A DNA stretch of 64,000 nucleotides from Eledone cirrhosa (Eukaryota): the NCBI GenBank assembly GCA_964016885.1, contig OZ024740.1, forward strand, positions 228,966,001-229,030,000, given 5' to 3'. The notes under the pieces are model-generated. The model was not told the DNA's origin and did no database searches. It was given only the letters and a program-made list of their open reading frames with translations. Within the stretch, counting starts at the first letter, position 1, and each line of letters starts with the position of its first letter. The position numbers and the translations under genes were made by a program. Below are positions 26,661 to 40,600 of this stretch, piece by piece.

Positions 26661-26988
26661 ATAGTATAAGAATAAAGGAACAAGGATTCAGTGTTGTATC
26701 ATAACATATTTAATAACATATTACATATGTTTCACTAAGAAACGGAGACGAGATCAAATAGGAAACATATTTGATGATCTTTCGATTACAGAGTCAGGTT
26801 TGATCAATAATAGATCGTTCCTCGAACTGATCATTAGTGAAACATATGTAATGTGTTATTAAATATGTTATGATACAACACTGACTCTTTGTTCCTTTAT
26901 TCTTGTAGTACTATACTCTGCTCTGCGCGAGGATCGAGTGCTTAACTGCCATACCACCTACGGACACAATTTTTCTTGCAACTATACA

Positions 26989-26990
<2 letters not shown>
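26661..26990 (+). mobile_element. Family F5 fold-back element with long-stem-II HHR
   Basis: Arms ~26666-26738/26834-26905. acatat-TTGATGA-[61 nt]-GAAA-CATATG-TA^atgtgt at 26765-26856. Confidence 0.75.
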
Positions 26991-27056
<66 letters not shown>

Positions 27057-27094
27057 GTAGATCAGATAATTTGATACTACAACTATATAAGTCG

Positions 27095-27161
<67 letters not shown>

Positions 27162-27344
27162 AGCTCGAATGTGATTTTATTATCCACCGTAGGATTGGCA
27201 AAGGACAATTTGTAAATTTCCAATTATAGTAGTTTTACAACATAGAGCATATATAATAAATGAATAAATAAATATACAAGGTCCAATACATTATTTAATA
27301 AACATTGTATTGAACCTTGGTTATTTATTTATTCATTATATATA

Positions 27345-28005
27345 CTAGCAGAAAAACCAGCCTTCGGGTGGTTTTCTGCTAGCATGTGTAGTGTGTATAT
27401 TGATATTATACGCATGTAGATATGATACATCAAATAAAATTGTAATTGACAATATACAATAGATAGAAATTGAACGAAGACTTATGTAATCAGTAACATA
27501 ATCCATGATACATTAAAAAAGACGATATTATATATAAACTGCATTAGGAGAAAATTAGTGACGGAAAATTAGTATGTTTATTTACGCGATGGCCAACCGG
27601 AAGTGTTGACATTTCAGAAATTTTAAAGAAGTGAATCTTTAAATAAACAAAATATATTTAATGAACAGTCACCAAATTTAGTAGATAAATTATGTAATAT
27701 TCATTCATTATTATTCATGTGTGTGTGAGGGCGGTGGATTGGCAGTATCGGTAGAGGGTCGGACGCCATGCTTTACAGCATAGTTACGTCCCTTTACGAT
27801 CTGAGTTAAATCCCGCCGAGGTTGACTTTGCCTTTCATCCTTACGGGGGTCGATAAAATAAAGTACGAGTAATGCACTGGGTATTTGCTGGCCTTGTGCC
27901 TAAAGTAGAAACAATTATTATTCAAAGTAATCCAACTTATTTTACAAACGGGATAAAAAAAAAACTGTACTCAATCCCGCAGACCTTCCTTTATTATAGT
28001 TTAGA
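27345..28005 (-). mobile_element. Helitron-like element interrupted by a Nin SINE (27728-27918)
   Basis: 5' TC-taaactataataaagg, 3' hairpin + CTAG; homologous to 21784-22264. Confidence 0.55.
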
Positions 28006-28047
28006 TGTTTAGATATATATGTGTGTGTTTGTGTGTGTGTGTGTGTG

Positions 28048-28082
<35 letters not shown>

Positions 28083-28090
<8 letters not shown>

Positions 28091-28294
28091 ATACTTTGAG
28101 AGGGTCATGTTGCCAATAAGAAACACACGCACCAGTTGCTTTCACTTCAATTTATTATAATAGATTTAGAAATTTAGGAATTTATAAATTTCCGGTTGGT
28201 TGGTTGGTTCCACAACCAGATAGTTGTTTATATATATATATATATATAATATACTATATATATATATATATAATATATTATATATATATATATA

Positions 28295-28335
<41 letters not shown>

Positions 28336-28535
28336 AACCATCTGGTTGTGAAACCAACCAACCAACCGGAAATTTATAAATTCCTAAATTTATAAATTTA
28401 TTATAATAAATTGAAGTGAAAGCAACTGGTGCGTGTGTTTCTTATTGGCAACATGACCCTCCCAAAGTATAACAATATCGGTTTCAACACACATTTTCAG
28501 ATAAAGAATCTTGCTAAACAAATTCAGAAACGAAA
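28083..28535 (+). mobile_element. Family F1 fold-back element
   Basis: Arms 28083-~28230/~28330-28478, tail 28479-28535. Confidence 0.85.
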
Positions 28536-28577
28536 TATATATATATATATATACATATATAGATATATATGTATATA

Positions 28578-29083
28578 CAGTGATCCCTCTCTATATCGCG
28601 GTTCACTTTTCGCGGTCCCGCTTCATCGCGGATTTTTCTTTGGAACGTATTTAAGTTAAACTTATTAAATAAGTTTCAATTTAATTGAAGTGTATAGCGC
28701 AAGGAAGGGGCATCTTAAGGCTTTAACTATAAAAATGTTTCTATTTTTCATTGCATTACTGTTTTACTGATTGTATTTTTCTCTAATCTACTACAAACCC
28801 TTCATAGATTGACGGGAGATGTGCCAAGTATTACCAAGCGGCTAACGTGGCTGGTAATGGTCGTCATTGGTAACTAGTGGTACGATCGTTGGTGGTAGTT
28901 TCTATACGATCGTTACTGGCTGTTTTTGGTGTTTAAATAGAAAAGTGTGTTTTAACGAGTTTATATGTACTTAAAGCGTGTAGGAGAGGTATTTTAAGGC
29001 TTAAACTATGAAAGCAAGGGCTTTCTTTATGGTCTCTCTATATCGCAGATTTCCATTTATCACGGTTGGTTCTGGAACGTATC
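28578..29083 (+). mobile_element. Tigger/pogo-like non-autonomous DNA transposon remnant
   Basis: TA|cagtgatccctctctatatcgcggttcacttttcgcgg left end; subterminal tcgcagatttccatttatcacgg..tctggaacgta; right TIR missing. Confidence 0.55.
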
Positions 29084-29123
29084 TATCTATTTATACATCG
29101 CTCTCTCTCTCTCTCAATAGACA

Positions 29124-29311
29124 TTCGATCGACTTTCGTCAAATCGGACCGAGGAAACAATGTTTCCATTGGTCTTTCCAATTGCTAATAATATCTGTCG
29201 GTCGCAACTCCAGGTAGAAGGAGCAACGTGTGTTGCTCAAGGACATAACGTATCGCCCGGTCCGGGAACCTCACAGTTACGAATCCAATCCTCTAACCAC
29301 TCAGCCACGCG

Positions 29312-29313
<2 letters not shown>
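29124..29313 (-). mobile_element. tRNA-derived SINE with CORE-like domain
   Basis: Same family as 42006-42217. Confidence 0.75.
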
Positions 29314-29377
<64 letters not shown>

Positions 29378-29388
29378 TATATATATAG

Positions 29389-29421
<33 letters not shown>

Positions 29422-29493
29422 AAGGTAAAATTAAATATACAAAGCTCAAAAATGTGTAACGAATTAAAAATGATTTAAAAGCTAATTTTTTTC

Positions 29494-29557
<64 letters not shown>

Positions 29558-29810
29558 TATTATATCGTTTGCGAAACTTGTTTGGATTTTGATGTTCAGA
29601 TTGATCTGCGGAAAAGGTTTGAATTTTGAAATTTAAATTTGTCCAGGTACCACGGCTATTTGCCAATATGAGTTTGTGTATATTGATTTATTATTTTAAA
29701 TCGATACAGGCAAGCTATATTTGTTTGAATTAGTTTATTTCATTCTAGCTAACTTCGTCTTTTACAATACAAACACTTAGGTGTTTATCATATATTAATT
29801 TATATTAACT

Positions 29811-29871
<61 letters not shown>

Positions 29872-30020
29872 GTAAAAAAACCGGTAAGTTATATCTGTAG
29901 TAAGTAGAGCACTCAGACCGTAGGACTCACTTCAGTTGAGAATCCGTCGGGTGAAACGCGCGTCCTCCAATATGGTTTGCTAATTTGTTGTGGAACTAAC
30001 TCTCTCTCTCTCTCCCCCTC

Positions 30021-30093
<73 letters not shown>

Positions 30094-30591
30094 CAAGGAC
30101 GAGTGGTTACTCCTTCAATACGTTTATCGGTTGGTGACACGCGTTTCGCTACTGATCAGCTCATGGTTCATATCTGTATCGATCTGGCCCGACTCTTGAA
30201 TCAAAAGCTCGTGGGACCTCTGTAGTAGTAATGACACACACACACACACACACATACACATACCCCCCCCACACACACACACACAAATATATATATATAT
30301 ATATATATATACTAACTAAGTGACTATATATTATAAAGAATGGTCTGTACATGTTAATTAATCCTTTTAATTTTTATGTATTTTCCATTCTGTTCGTAGA
30401 TAATATGATATTCACTCTGGTGGTATTATATCCCCTTTAATTAAACTCATGCCTCTTTGTGCGTTCTCTATGTGGTGCCCTATAAAGAGCCCGGTATCTA
30501 TACTTTGAGCTCGTTGGATTATAGGGAATTAATGTGACTCTGTAGCTCCATTTTTTAATTTGATATATATATGTATATATATATATATATA

Positions 30592-30790
30592 TATATTATA
30601 ATTGAATATAAAAGCAAGACAAACACAGATATATACATATATGTGTTCAAATCGTAAGGGACCATTGAACACATATATGTATATATCTGTTTTTGTCTTT
30701 CTTTTATATTCAATTATAATATACGGCTCGGAAAAATCTCTTTCCTAGAGCTATTTTAATGTAAGAGACTATTTTGAGTTTCTAACTCAA
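30592..30790 (+). mobile_element. Fold-back element in (TA)n
   Basis: Arms ~30592-30650/30665-30723, tail 30724-30790. Confidence 0.75.
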
Positions 30791-30800
30791 TATATACGTT

Positions 30801-30859
<59 letters not shown>

Positions 30860-30871
<12 letters not shown>

Positions 30872-31456
30872 TGTAGTTCCTGTCTGTCTGTTTGTTTGTT
30901 CACGAACTCCTCCTATGGTTTTGGAGATAGACCCCCATAACCATATATATTCTGAAACTACATTGCCCAGGCTTCTTGGATAAGTATATTTCATTTTAAT
31001 CAAAGAGTTCCCCAGGGGCACAAACCCCCACTGAAAACCCCCGGTGAAAATTTTTTCCCTTCGATTTATATGAAATTTAAACCATAGGTAAATGACGAGA
31101 TATGGTGCCTATTCACAAAAGTTTGAATTGATATTTTGAAAAAAATTATTTACAAGAAACAAAATAAGAATAAGATTTAATAATGTAATTTTGATTTGAT
31201 ATATTACAAAAAATAATTGTTTCTACTTTAGGCACAAGGCCAGCAATTACCTAGTGCATTACTGGTACTTTATTTTAGCGACCCCGTAAGGATGAAAGGC
31301 AAATGTTTTCCAATTTTTCATGCATTACATTTTACATTGAATAATATTGAAATGCAGAGTTTTTCTCCATAAATTATATCACAGATTTAAAATCAATCAT
31401 CATTTTCTTACAAAAAAAATGTGTGAAACGCAGCAAGGCGCGGTTAATGCGGCTAG
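30860..31456 (+). mobile_element. Non-autonomous Helitron
   Basis: 5' tatataaag...tgtctgtctgtttgtttgtt; 3' cgcagcaaggcgcgg hairpin then CTAG|T; SINE fragment inside at 31212-31302. Confidence 0.65.
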
Positions 31457-31491
31457 TATATACACACACACACACACATATATATATATAG

Positions 31492-31554
<63 letters not shown>

Positions 31555-31558
<4 letters not shown>

Positions 31559-31800
31559 CAGAAACAACAAACCAAACGACACAGTACAATGCAGAAATAT
31601 ATTAGCTTAACGCTTGAGATAATAGGAAAAGTCTTAACGTTTCGGACATTGGTCCTTCATAAGAAGATATAATGAGAAATAGAAAATGAAATAGAAAGAT
31701 AAAGAGTGAGAAGAGTAGGGGACAGAAAAAATGAGAAAAAAATACACGTGCGTATTCAGTCAGCCATTTATATAATGGGTAGGTGTCGACAGGTGACCAC
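31555..31800 (-). mobile_element. Family F6 element with HHR variant
   Basis: Minus strand tctt-CTTATGA-a-GGAC-caat-GTCC-GAAA-CG-TT^aaga at 31632-31667. Confidence 0.6.
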
Positions 31801-31977
31801 AGTTTAAAAAAGGTACTCAATACGGTGGTAGAGTATAGACATCTTTATTTCATATAAAAATGACTTTTACATAACTAGAACTGTTTCATTCGTAAGGAAT
31901 CATCAGCAAAGTCCTTATGATTTCATACGAATGAAACAGTTCTAGTACTGTAGAAGTCATTTCTACCTCCATATAAT

Positions 31978-32376
31978 AATAATTGTTTCTAATGTTGGCA
32001 CAAGGCCAGCAATTATCCCAGTACATTATTAGTACTTTATTAAGGGCGGTGAATTGGCAGTGTCGGTAGAGGGTCGGACGCCATGCTTTGACGTATAGAG
32101 TTACGGGCCTTGCCATTCTGAGTTCAAATCCCGCCGAGGTTAACTTTGCCTTTCATCCTTACGGGGTCGATAAAATAAAGTACCAGTAATCTACTGGGTA
32201 ATTGCTGGCCTTGTGCCAAAAGTAGAAACAATTATTAGTACTTTATTTTATCGAACCTGTAAGGATGAAAGGCAAAGTTAACCTTGGCGGGATTTGAACT
32301 CAGACAGTAAAGGGCCGTAACTCTATGCAGTAAAGCATAGCATCCGACTCTTTACCGATACTGCCAATCCACTGCC
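31978..32376. mobile_element. Nested SINEs: plus-strand SINE (32042-32230) inside a minus-strand SINE
   Basis: 17-bp TSD attattagtactttatt at 32025-32041 and 32231-32247. Confidence 0.85.
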
Positions 32377-32469
32377 TTCCATATATTAAAAATACCACCA
32401 CAAACACCGCCATTAACAGGAATAACAACACCACCAACAAACATACTAACACAAGTCCTACCATCAGGG

Positions 32470-34630
32470 ACAACTACCAGCACCAACACCAACAACAACA
32501 ATACCACCACCATAACCACCAGCAGCAATAACAACAAGAACACCAACAACAACAATACCACCACCATAACCACCAGCAGCAATAACAACAACAATACCAC
32601 CACCATAACCACCAGCAGCAATAACAACAAGAACACCAACAACAACAATACCACCACCATAACCACCAGCAGCAATAACAACAAGAACACCAACAACAAC
32701 AATACCACCACAACAATACTAACCTGAACTCTAGCGCTAGTAAACTCCACCACCACCGACAACAACAACAGCAACAACATCACACCACCACCACCACCAC
32801 CGCTGTTGTTGTTATAATTGTAGTTGCTTTTATTGTTGTTAGTCACCTTTGTTGAGAATTCAGAACGCATGACTAGACACTTTTACACCAAACACCCTGT
32901 AACCGCCTCTAACACCACCACCACCACCACCACCTCAACCACCTCTAACACCACCACCACCTCAACCACCACCACCACCACCTCTAACACCACCACCTCA
33001 ACCACCACCACCACCACCTCTAACACCACCACCTCAACCACCTCTAACACCACCACCACCACCTCTAACACCACCACCACCTCAACCACCTCTAACATCA
33101 CCACCACCACCACCACCTCTAACACCACCACCACCTCAACCACCTCTAACATCACCACCACCACCACCACCTCTAACACCACCACCACCTCAACCACCTC
33201 TAACATCACCACCACCTCAACCACCACCTCTAACACCACCACCACCTCAACCACCTCTAACACCACCACCACCACCACCTCAACCACCTCTAACACCACC
33301 ACCACCACCACCTCAACCACCTCTAACACCACCACCACCACCACCTCAACCACCTCTAACATCACCACCACCACCACCACCTCTAACACCACCACCACCA
33401 CCTCAACCACCTCTAACATCACCACCACCACCACCACCACCACCTCTAACACCACCACCACCTCAACCACCTCTAACACCACCACCACCACCACATCAAC
33501 CACCTCTAACACCACCACCACCACCACCTCAACCACCTCTAACACCACCACCACCACCACCTCAACCACCTCTAACACCACCACCACCACCACCTCTAAC
33601 ACCACCACCACCTCAACCACCTCTAACACCACCACCTCAACCACCTCTAACACCACCACCACCTCAACCACCACCACCACCACCACCACCACCACCACCT
33701 CAACCACCACCACCACCTCTAACACCACCACCACCTCAACCACCTCTAACACCACCACCTCAACCACCTCTAACACCACCACCACCACCACCTCTAACAC
33801 CACCACCTCAACCACCTCTAACACCACCACCACCACCACCACCTCAAAACACCACCACCTCAACCACCTCTAACACCACCACCAACACCACCTCTAACAC
33901 CACCACCACCTCAACCACCTCTAACACCACCACCACCTCAACCACCTCTAACACCACCACCACCTCAACCATCACCACCACCACCACCTCTAACACCACC
34001 ACCACCTCAACCACCACCACCGCCATCATCACCACCACCACCTCTAACACCACCACCACCTCAACCACCACCACCACCACCACCTCTAACACCACCACCA
34101 CCTCAACCACCACCACCGCCATCATCACCACCACCACCTCTAACACCACCACCACCTCAACCACCACCACCACCATCATCACCACCACCACCTCTAACAC
34201 CACCACCACCTCAACCACCACCACCACCATCATCACCATCACCACCTCTAACATCACCATCACCACGACCACAACCACTACCACCACAACCCTCACCACC
34301 ACCAACTACCGCCACCACCACTACCACCGTCACTGCTACCGCCACCACCACTACCACTGTCACCACTACTCCACCACCACTACCACCACCACCACCACAA
34401 TAACCACCAGCACAACTACCACCACCAGTATAATCCCCCCCCACCATTCTCAGTTACCATCACAACCACACCTACTACCCCCCCCACACCACCACAATCC
34501 CACCGCCATCACCACAACCCCACCTCCACCACCACAATCCCCACCACTATCACCAAAATCCCACCACCACCACAATCCCCACCGCCATCGCCACAATCCC
34601 TCCACCACCACCACCACCATAACGCCCACC
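32470..34630. repeat. (ACC)n-based compound mini/microsatellite
   Basis: Units acctctaacaccaccacc / acctcaacc. Confidence 0.95.
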
Positions 34631-34804
34631 ACAACTCAGTTCTATGGAAAGTAGCATGCCCGATTTCTCAGAAAACTATTTCTCATTCTCTACCTCGTCC
34701 CTCTCTCTCTCTCTCTCTCTACCTCTTGTTCTCTGTAAATCCTTTCCCCTCCCCCTTATGTTATTATCATCTTCTGTCTCTATCTGTCTATCTATTAATC
34801 TATG

Positions 34805-34894
<90 letters not shown>

Positions 34895-34896
<2 letters not shown>

Positions 34897-36855
34897 GGCT
34901 TCGGTGGGGCGCTGATCAATTTAGATCAGTCTAAGGCATTCGATAGGGTCGACCATCGATACTTGGAAGCGGTTGTCAAGGCGGCCGGTTTCGGTACCGT
35001 GTTCAGAGGCTGGATCGAGGCGATGCACACCAGCATCTGCTCGAGGGTCAAGGTGAACGGCTACCTATCGGAGCCGTTCGCAATCACGCATTCCATTCGA
35101 CAGGGATGCCCTCTCTCCTCCATTCTGTATGTATTGATCTAGAGCCACTACTGCGGAAATTGTAGCTGTTGCAGGGCATCCCTCTAGAACCAGGACTACG
35201 CAAAGCGGCGTCGGCTTATGCCGTCGACGTGATGGTAATGGTGTCGAGCACCTCGGAAATCGGGGTGATAGGCAACTTACTGAAAGAATACGAAACGCTG
35301 ACGGGAGCAAAACTAAACCCGGACAAGTCTGTCGGTTTGCAACTCGGTACGTGGAGAGGCAAACCGATGACGTCCGACAGACCGGACGGACCGGGGAAAT
35401 TGCTCGGGGTCTGGTTCGGTCCAGACCTCCAGGTGGAGAAAAACTGGAACGAGGTCACGGCCAAGGTGTTTGCGCTCACCCAGAAGTAGGCAGAGTGCAA
35501 ACTGTCCTTGAAAGGTCGAGCGGAGGTGGCGAACACTTTTATAGCGTCCGTCATCTACTACCGCTTGACTGTCGTGCCTTGTTCCCGTGAACACCTCGCC
35601 AAGATAGAACGCATTCTCTTCCAGTTTCTGTGGAAGAAGCAGGCTCCGCTAGTGAGGAGATCCGTCTGCTGTCAGCACCCTTCCAACGGAGGGCTGGGAA
35701 TGCCGTGGCTGATGATGCGCAAATATGCGCTGAGGCTGTGGAATCTCCAGGTATTCCTAACCGACCCCCAACCCTTGTGGGCACCGTTTGTGCGTTTGTG
35801 AGACAGGCTTTCCCACAGCTCGTCTCACTGACGGAGCTGCAGTCCTGGGTCAAGAAAAGACCGAAAACGATGGGCGCCTGGCACATTGAATGCGCTCAGG
35901 CGCTCACAGTCCTCTGGCAAGCGGGTACAGCAATCAGTGGAGACTCCACTTCGACATTCTATAGAGGGATTGTACGTTACAAGGGCGACGACGTGCTCGG
36001 AGAGACTCTAGGCGTCGAAGACGATGAGCTCACCAGTCTGTTTAGTAGGAATTTCCGCCCGGGACCTATGGACAACTTCCAGAGGTCCCTGGCCAGGCAG
36101 TGCTACCGAGGAGCTCTACCGGTTCGTGACAAGATCTACAGGCACGGACGCCCCGGCAGGGATCCTTCCAAGAGGACGTGTCCAAGAGGCGCGCAGGACA
36201 TTGAAACAGTCCTGCACGCAATTGTACACTGCCCGGGAGTAACCGACCTGTGGATCTATGCAGAACAACTGCTGTTGCGTATGGGACAAATCCAGTTGAC
36301 TGCCGAGTCCAGAGTAAGGATCAAACCGCCAGCCTCTCTCAAAAACGAAAGAGAGGCGGTTTTCCTCTGTACGGTGGCTATGGTGAAAGAAGTTATATGG
36401 TGGAGTAGATTGAGAGGACTGAGGACAGATGCCTTTCTCACCGGACAACAATTGATTCCCTTCTTTAAGTATCACTTTAGAAGGAGAATCAGAGTGGAGA
36501 GAGAGGCACTGAACCCCAGTAAATTTACTGAAAGGTGGGTGAATGAAGCGAAAATGGCCAGAGTGATTGGCCTTCTCTGTTTATAAGCCTGTAGGTTAAA
36601 GAAGAGAGCAAAAGGAAGAAAGGGGCACTTGCACAACACGCTCCTGGAGTTGAGGGTTGTTCTATCGACGGGGTATTAAACAACCCATTCGTGGCGCTTC
36701 CCCCCTACTGGGGATTTCGATTGTTGTTTTATATTTTGATTGTTTGCTTTATATTTTTTTACACGACTGTATGTAAAATCCCCGGCATGTCTTTGTATTG
36801 TCCCCTTTATTTGTGCGCCCTTGTGGCAAATATAAAAATCTATCTATCTATCTAT
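34895..36855 (+). mobile_element. 5'-truncated Tx1/L1-like LINE
   Basis: LDQSKAFDRVDH, RQGCPLS, degenerate YADD (YAVD), GGLG and CCHC (CPR..ETVLHAIVHC). Begins after (TATC)n and ends in (TATC)n. Confidence 0.9.
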
Positions 36856-36857
36856 CA

Positions 36858-37088
36858 ATCTAAAACACAGAGTTACAGATTTTGGCCAAGGTGTTAGCAA
36901 AGAGGCTGGACTTTGTCGTCGAAAACCTGGTGGGAGAAGCGCAGACATGCGCAATCCCGAGCAGGTCCATACACGACAACCTCCACCTCATGCGATACAT
37001 TGTTGAGAGGGTGGGGTGTGAACCCGGCTTCGGTGGGGCTCTGATAAATTTGGATCAGTCTAAGGCATTCGATAGAGTCGACCATCGC
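36858..37088 (+). mobile_element. Internal RT fragment of the same LINE family
   Basis: AKVLAKRL...HDNLHLMR...KAFDRVDHR. Confidence 0.85.
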
Positions 37089-37682
37089 TCGAAAAGAAAA
37101 AAAAGACACCACAAAAACAAATAAAAAACAGCAAACACTACCAAAAACATACAACCACCAACACAAACAACAAAAACATTACAAACAAAACCCCCACCTC
37201 CTGAAAACAAAATGCCCACAACAAAACGAAAGCACACACAAGAACTACAGACAAAAACAAACACCACAAAAAAATTACACTTACACATACATAAACTCTG
37301 AAAACAAAACACTAATGGAGACCATCATGAACAACCCTTCGGTGAAAACCGAAGCGAAAACTTTCGCAAACTCTAATAAAAATAATAAAAAAGCGAACCT
37401 AAAACTGATTAGGGTCCCTATACAAACGTTTAGGTCCCTAAAAGAAACATTTGAAAAGGACGTGGGGAATTCCTGCGTGAAACCACTTAATCGCGTCCTT
37501 CTCAAATGTCTCCCCACTCCAGACACCCTCCCCAATAAACATCTCTGTCCCTACCCCGCCGGAAACCACCACCCACCCAGACGACCCCACAAACACCCCC
37601 ATGGAACTTGAGCGACCCGCTCTCCAGGAAGCGAAAAGGTGAGTGAACTCATCCTTTTCTTTTCTAACTCTTCCTCAGCGAC

Positions 37683-40600
37683 ATGGCGAATGTAAGAGTC
37701 GGTTGTGTGAATGTCCGCGGCCTGGGGATGCCCTGGAAACAGGGCAAACTCTTAAACGACCTAAGGTCGCAGAGTATGGATGTAATTGCCATCTGCGAGT
37801 CCAGGATCCACAGCGACGACAGCTGGCTCCCATCTTCGATGACTATGAGATCTACGCATCTCTATGTCAGCCGGGAGGTGGGGGCAGGGTTGCCGTTTTG
37901 CTGCGGAAACACCTGGGCCTCGTAACACAGACGGTACATCTGGCCCTGGAGGGTCGACTGGTGGTCCTAGATGTTGACGGTAGTGAAGGTGGAGCCTTCA
38001 GGCTGGTGGCCGCATATGCCCCATCCGGGACTCCGCGGCCAGACTTCTTCAAACATCTAGAAACTTTTCTGGGAACGTCCCGCTCCTTGCTTTTAGTGGG
38101 GGACTGGAATGGAATCCTAGACGCACGTTGGGACTATGTAGGAGCATCTCCCAATAAAGGGGGGTGTACCAGCCTCAAACAGTTAATCGGCCGATTTGAC
38201 CTGGCCGATAGATATCGACTTGATTTTCCGACTGTGCCACTATGGACGTGGACTAATCTCAGCGGAACATCTAGATCGTACCTAGATGGGGTTCTAGTTA
38301 GAAATAAGGATAGGGACATGTTAAGCTGTCCACAAATGTTCATGGTTGCCTATTCAGATCACAAACTAGTGACCTGCATGGTCAACCTTGATAGAACCCA
38401 TAGACAGGGACCCGGCTACTGGAAGCTGAACTTGTCGTTACCGACATGCAAAGCCTACAGTAGACGGAATAGCACTTTAGTTAAACAGCACTTGACAGGG
38501 GTCACTGTCAACAACAGATGGGGGTACTCTCTCAAGAGGACAGTTAGATTAGACTCGTTAGCTTTTAGTAAAGAATTAGCGTTGGATAGAAATAGAACCG
38601 AGAAGGAACTGGTAGATAAAGTAGAAGAGGCGATTAGAAATGGCAACGTAGCCAGCGTGCTAGCAACGAGAACGGCCTTGCACCAGTTCTTCGACGCAAA
38701 GCACGAGGGCTGCGTTGTCAGAAGCAAAATACGTGCTCTGGGTAACGAGGGAGCCAAAGCTGTTAGCTGGGCCCGGGTGACGGAGGCGAAAAGTGGCAAC
38801 AAGTCCACGATTCGGTCTTTGAGGGACCAAGATGGACACGTAATACGTGAGCCGAAGCAGATGTGCGCGGCCTTTCAGCGGCACTTTGCTCAACTGTTCG
38901 GGCAGGGCGGAGCGCCGGGAGTGGCTATGGATTTCGCTCCATACCTCGACGGCGGCCTGCCGCGACTCTCGGACAGCGAGGTGAAGTTCTGCGAAAGGCC
39001 GATTTCAGCCGCTGAGATAGGGGACGCGCTGAGCCAATGCGGCAAGCGCAAATCTCCAGGTCTCGACAGTCTACCCTACGAATTTTACGCAGCAATGCCG
39101 GACTTGTTCTCTGTTCTCCTGGAAGCGGTCTACTGCAACTGGCAGCAGAACGGGAGAATTTCCAGTTCTGTGACCAGGGGCGTAGTCACGCTAGTCAGGA
39201 TGGACGAGAATAACGGGGATGACAAAGGCAACGTCCGGCCCATAATTCTACTAAACACAGAGTTACAGATTTTGGCCAAGGTGTTGGCAAAGAGGCTGGA
39301 GCTTGTCGTCAAAAACCTGGTGGGAAAAGCGCAGACATGCGCAATCCCGACCAGGTCCATACACGACAACCTCCACCTCATGCGATACATCGTAGAGAGG
39401 GTTGGGTGTAAACACAGCTTCGGTGGGGCCCTGATCAACGTGGATCAGTTTAAGGCTTTCGATAGGGTTGACCATCGTTACCTGGATGCGGTGCTCGAGA
39501 CGGCAGGCTTCGGACCCGTGTTCAGGAGCTTGATTGCTGCCATGCACAGCAGCAACATCTGCTCAAGGGTCAAGGTGAACGGCTACCTCTGGGAGCCGTT
39601 CCATATCACGCAATCCAACCGACAGGGATGCCCTCTCTCCTCCCTTCTGTACGTACTGACTCTCGAGCCACTACTGCGGAAGTTGGAGCTATTGTGGGGA
39701 ATCCCTCTGGAACTGGGACTGCGGAAAGCGGCGTCGGCCTACGCCGCCGATATGACAGTAATGGTGTCGAGCATCTCGCAAATCGAGGAAGTCGGCACCT
39801 TACAGAAGGAATACGAAACGTTCACAGAAGCGAAACTGAACCGGGACAAGTCCATCGGTTTGTAACTCGGATCGTGGAGAGGCAAACCGATACCTTCCGA
39901 TGGCGTCGTCGGACGCTGGACGGAAGGACCAGTGAAGCTGCTCGGGGTCTGGTTTGGTCCGGACCTCCAGGTGGAGAAGAACTGGAACGAGGTGACGGCC
40001 AAGGTGTTTGCACTCACCCAGAAGTGGGCCGAGTGCAAACTATCCTTGAAAGGTCGAGCGGAGGTGGCGAACGCTTTTATAGCATCCGTCATCTACTACC
40101 GCTTGATCGTCGTGCCTTATCCAACCAAAACGCTCACCAAAATGGAGCGCACGCTCTTCCAATTTCTTTGGTGAGAAGATTCATCTGCTGCCAACACCCT
40201 TCCAACGGAGGGCTGGGGTTGCCGTGGCTGACGATGCGCAAACACGCGCTCAGGCTGCGGTATCTCCACGTATTCCTCACCGGACAACTGGTGAGGGCTC
40301 CGTTCGTGAGGCGAGCCTTCCCATGACTCGTCTCGCTGACCGAGCTGCAGTCCTGTGTCAAGCAAAGACCGAGGAAAATGGGAGACTGGCACATCGAATG
40401 TGCCCAGGCGCTCACTGCCCTCTGGTAGGCGGACCCGGCGATCAGTGGAGACTCCACTTCGTCATTCTATAGAGCGTTGATCCGCAGCAAGTGCGACGAG
40501 GCGCTCGGAGAAACTCTAGGCGTAGAGAAAGACGAACTGGCCAGTCTGTTCGGTAGGACCTTCCGCCCGGGACCGATGGACAACTTCCAAAAGTCCATAG

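Noticed and set aside
29905-30170. GAAACGCGCGTC (29953) and minus-strand GAAACGCGTGTC (~30135) hammerhead 3' halves
   Set aside because: Stem II/III are plausible but CUGANGA is missing; at best decayed relics.
32824-33873. Thr/Ser-rich mucin-like 349-aa ORF (also 52794-53787)
   Set aside because: Pure ACC-based satellite open on both strands, with a frame shift near 33847 and no unique domain or splice context.
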